Source: Mobula hypostoma (lineage: Eukaryota). From it: a DNA stretch of 64,000 nucleotides. Both the position numbers and the translations under genes were made by a program. The notes below the pieces were generated by a model, which was not told the DNA's origin, made no database searches, and saw nothing but the letters and a program-made list of their open reading frames with translations. Positions 61,681 to 64,000 of this stretch are shown in pieces (position 1 is the stretch's first letter; the number at the start of each line of letters is the position of its first letter). The stretch lies in assembly GCF_963921235.1 (NCBI RefSeq), contig NC_086097.1, positions 166,658,001 to 166,722,000 on the forward strand, in the 5' to 3' direction.

Positions 61681-62601
61681 TTTATAACTGGAATGAGAAA
61701 GACAGTTCAGTTCGTAGTCCTGATTAATGGTCTTTTGACCTGAAATTTTAAGTCTGTTTTCTGCCCCCCAGTTTTTTTTAGCATTTGCTGGTTTTATTTC
61801 AGATTTTCAGCATCTGCAATTTTAGAACACCAACTTCTCAAAGGAAACTGCTGACGAGCACCTCGGCTTGCACTATCTGCCATATTGGTGAACTATAGAG
61901 TGCTCAATTCTCAATGGAAATTCAAGATCGACCACAAGCAGTCAATGCCTGAACTGGGAGCGTTCATTAATGCCAGGGTCCAGAGGAGGTTCACAAGAAT
62001 GATCCAGGAGTGAAACACTTAACATATGAGGAGGATTTGATGCTTCTGGGCCTGTAGTCGATAGGGTTCAGAAAGATGGGTGCGGGGGGATCTCATTGAA
62101 ATTTACTGGATCCGAAAGGCCTGGATAGAGTGAATGTGGAGAGAATGTTTCCATTAGGAAAAGAGGCTAAGATCCAAGGGCACAGCCTCAGAGTAAAGGG
62201 ACATCCATTTAAAACTTAAAATGAGGAAGAATTTCTTCAGGCAGAGGGTGGTGAATCAGTGGATTCATTGCCACAGAAGGCTGTGGAGGGCAAGATCGTT
62301 ACTGAAACATCAACTGTTGATTTCCAACCTTAGATGCTGCCAGTTCCTCCAGGATCTTGTATGATGTAAAAATATTAAGTCTATTAAGCAGGAAAGCTAA
62401 CTTAGTGGTACTTGCACAGACGTCTATGATTACACCATACAGTTCAAGATTACCACACAATTGCACATCTGCTTCAAGAGTATTTCAGCTAAGATTTTCG
62501 TTAATAATTCATATCAGCTTAGACAGAATTGAATGATTCAGTATTTTCTCGCTGGATACACATAAAAGAATGCTCGGAACATACTCTTCCCGAGCCACTA
62601 C

Positions 62602-62801
62602 CTGGACAAGCTGTCGCGAGAGGCTCCAGAGTCTGTGCTGTCCATTCTGTGAGCACCCAGTTCTCGGGCTCCTTCATGGACGACTAAGGCAGCACATCGG
62701 GCACTGTTATCACTTCTGTCCAGACCTGACTCCCGGGAACTGTTCAGCTTCATTTGATGCTTGTAGTAATTATGGATACTGTCCCGGCATGGAATGTTTC
62801 C
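62602..62801 (-). CDS. PIEZO2: PIEZO2 coding exon (1st in window; GNIPCRDSIHNYY...SRESGLD...HRMDS...)
   Basis: Acceptor tttattgcAG|GGA, donor AG|GTagtg; 200 nt, phase 0 to 2. The peptide resembles the PIEZO2 'GNVPTRESIHMYY...SRESGLD...HRMDS' segment as I recall it. Confidence 0.9.
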
Positions 62802-63119
62802 CTGCAATAAAGTGACATAGGATAATTAGCAACTATGTAATATTAACTTGTATTCAATGTGTTGATGAGAGCAAATTTTGCTTAAAGTTGGTTTAACTTT
62901 CTGCATTATTTCTTAAGAATCTCTACAAAAGTTCTTGATTCCTCTATTCCTTCTAAAAATAGTTGACTCACAATCAGAATAAGATGTAATCTCACTGGTA
63001 TATGTCATGAAATGTGTTGTTTTGTGGCAGCAGTACACTGTAATACATAATAATAAAAGCTATAAATTACAATAAGAAACATAAATAACAATAAATTAAG
63101 CAAGTAGTGCGAAAAGAGC

Positions 63120-63630
63120 ATAACAAGTGAGTCATGTTCATGGGTTCATTGTCCATTTGAAGATCTCTGACTGCAGCAGTGAGAGATTGAAGATGTCCCT
63201 GAACGCTCCTGCCAGTTGGTTGGTGCAGGTTTCCAATGCCCTACCGGGTACACCATCAGGCCCTTGAAAGGGTTCACACTCTTGAAAGATGCTCTGATGT
63301 TGGCCTCAAAGACAAAGATCACAGGGTCGTCAGACTCTTCCGGAATTCGCACAGGTATAGCTTTATTCTCCCTTTCAAAGTGTGTATAAAAGGCATCTGG
63401 GAGTGAAGTATCACAGCCATTCATGATGCCAAGTTTCACTTTGTAGGAAGCAATGGTCTGCAACCCCTGCCTGAGCTGACTCGAACTTCAATTGGAATTG
63501 TTTTTCTTGCCCTTAAAAGAGCCTTTTGTAGGTTGTACCTGGAGCTCTTGTATAGCTCTGGATCACCGGTCCTGAATGCCATGGATCTAGCCCTCACCAG
63601 ACTACAAATCTTCTGACTCATCCACGGCTT
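63120..63630 (-). mobile_element. Decayed Rex1-like LINE fragment
   Basis: ARSMAFRTGDPELYKSSRYNL and SLPDAFYTHFE remnants. Confidence 0.7.
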
Positions 63631-63899
63631 TTAGTTTGTTCTGTAACACTATATTCTCCATTCTGCTTTCCTTTTTATGGCCTCAATGTACTTATAAATT
63701 GAATTTCTGTCTGGGCAGCACACAAACTAAAGCTTTTCACTTGATCACAGTACCTGTGTGAATGATAAACAAATACTGACACCATAAACCTGCAGTCTTG
63801 TGCTTTTGACTCTGGATTGCACTAGATTGGTTTATTATTGTTATGTACAGTGAAGAACTTGCTGTACATTGCTCATTCAGATCAGATCATCACATAGTA

Positions 63900-64000
63900 C
63901 AGGTCGACCTTCACTAACCCGGACCCGGCACCATTGGGACTGGAGGAGTGCCGGATTAGTGAAAATGCCGAATTACAGAAGGACCATATTAAGCATAATC
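63900..64000 (+). mobile_element. Possible left end of a pogo/Tigger-like DNA transposon (cut by the window edge)
   Basis: TA|CAG start and internal inverted motif ttcactaacccgg...ccggattagtgaa; the other end is not visible. Confidence 0.45.

Noticed and set aside
1114..62801. Assignment to PIEZO1 or another Piezo paralogue, or to a pseudogene
   Set aside because: PIEZO2-type segments ([42 protein letters not shown]) are present and all 16 exons splice in frame without stops. A phylogeny would be needed to exclude a PIEZO2 duplicate.

Overview
This is eukaryotic (vertebrate) genomic DNA, most likely from a cartilaginous fish (ray or shark; inferred from the V-SINE/HE1-like, CR1 and Penelope-type repeats). 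The whole window lies inside one minus-strand gene, PIEZO2 (mechanosensitive cation channel). I traced 16 consecutive GT-AG coding exons from 62801 down to 1114 (2797 nt, about 932 codons) whose splice phases chain into one open frame; the gene continues beyond both edges. The introns are packed with transposable elements: two young, near-identical CR1 LINEs in inverted orientation, older CR1, Rex1/Babar and L2 LINEs, a decayed IR/DR Tc1 transposon, two solo LTRs, V-SINEs, two minisatellites and at least six TSD-flanked fold-back elements. The best candidates for new biology are: (1) an in-phase U_UUA_AAC -1 frameshift heptamer at the ORF1/ORF2 junction of two different CR1 families, where the intact ORF2 has no N-terminal AUG; (2) the inverted ~3 kb CR1 pair enclosing exactly three PIEZO2 exons (522 nt, frame-neutral), which predicts a stop-free circRNA or in-frame skipping; (3) a minimal hammerhead-ribozyme fold in the fold-back elements. 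All of this was read by eye, with no database searches or folding programs. Exon boundaries are base-resolved, while boundaries of old repeats are approximate.
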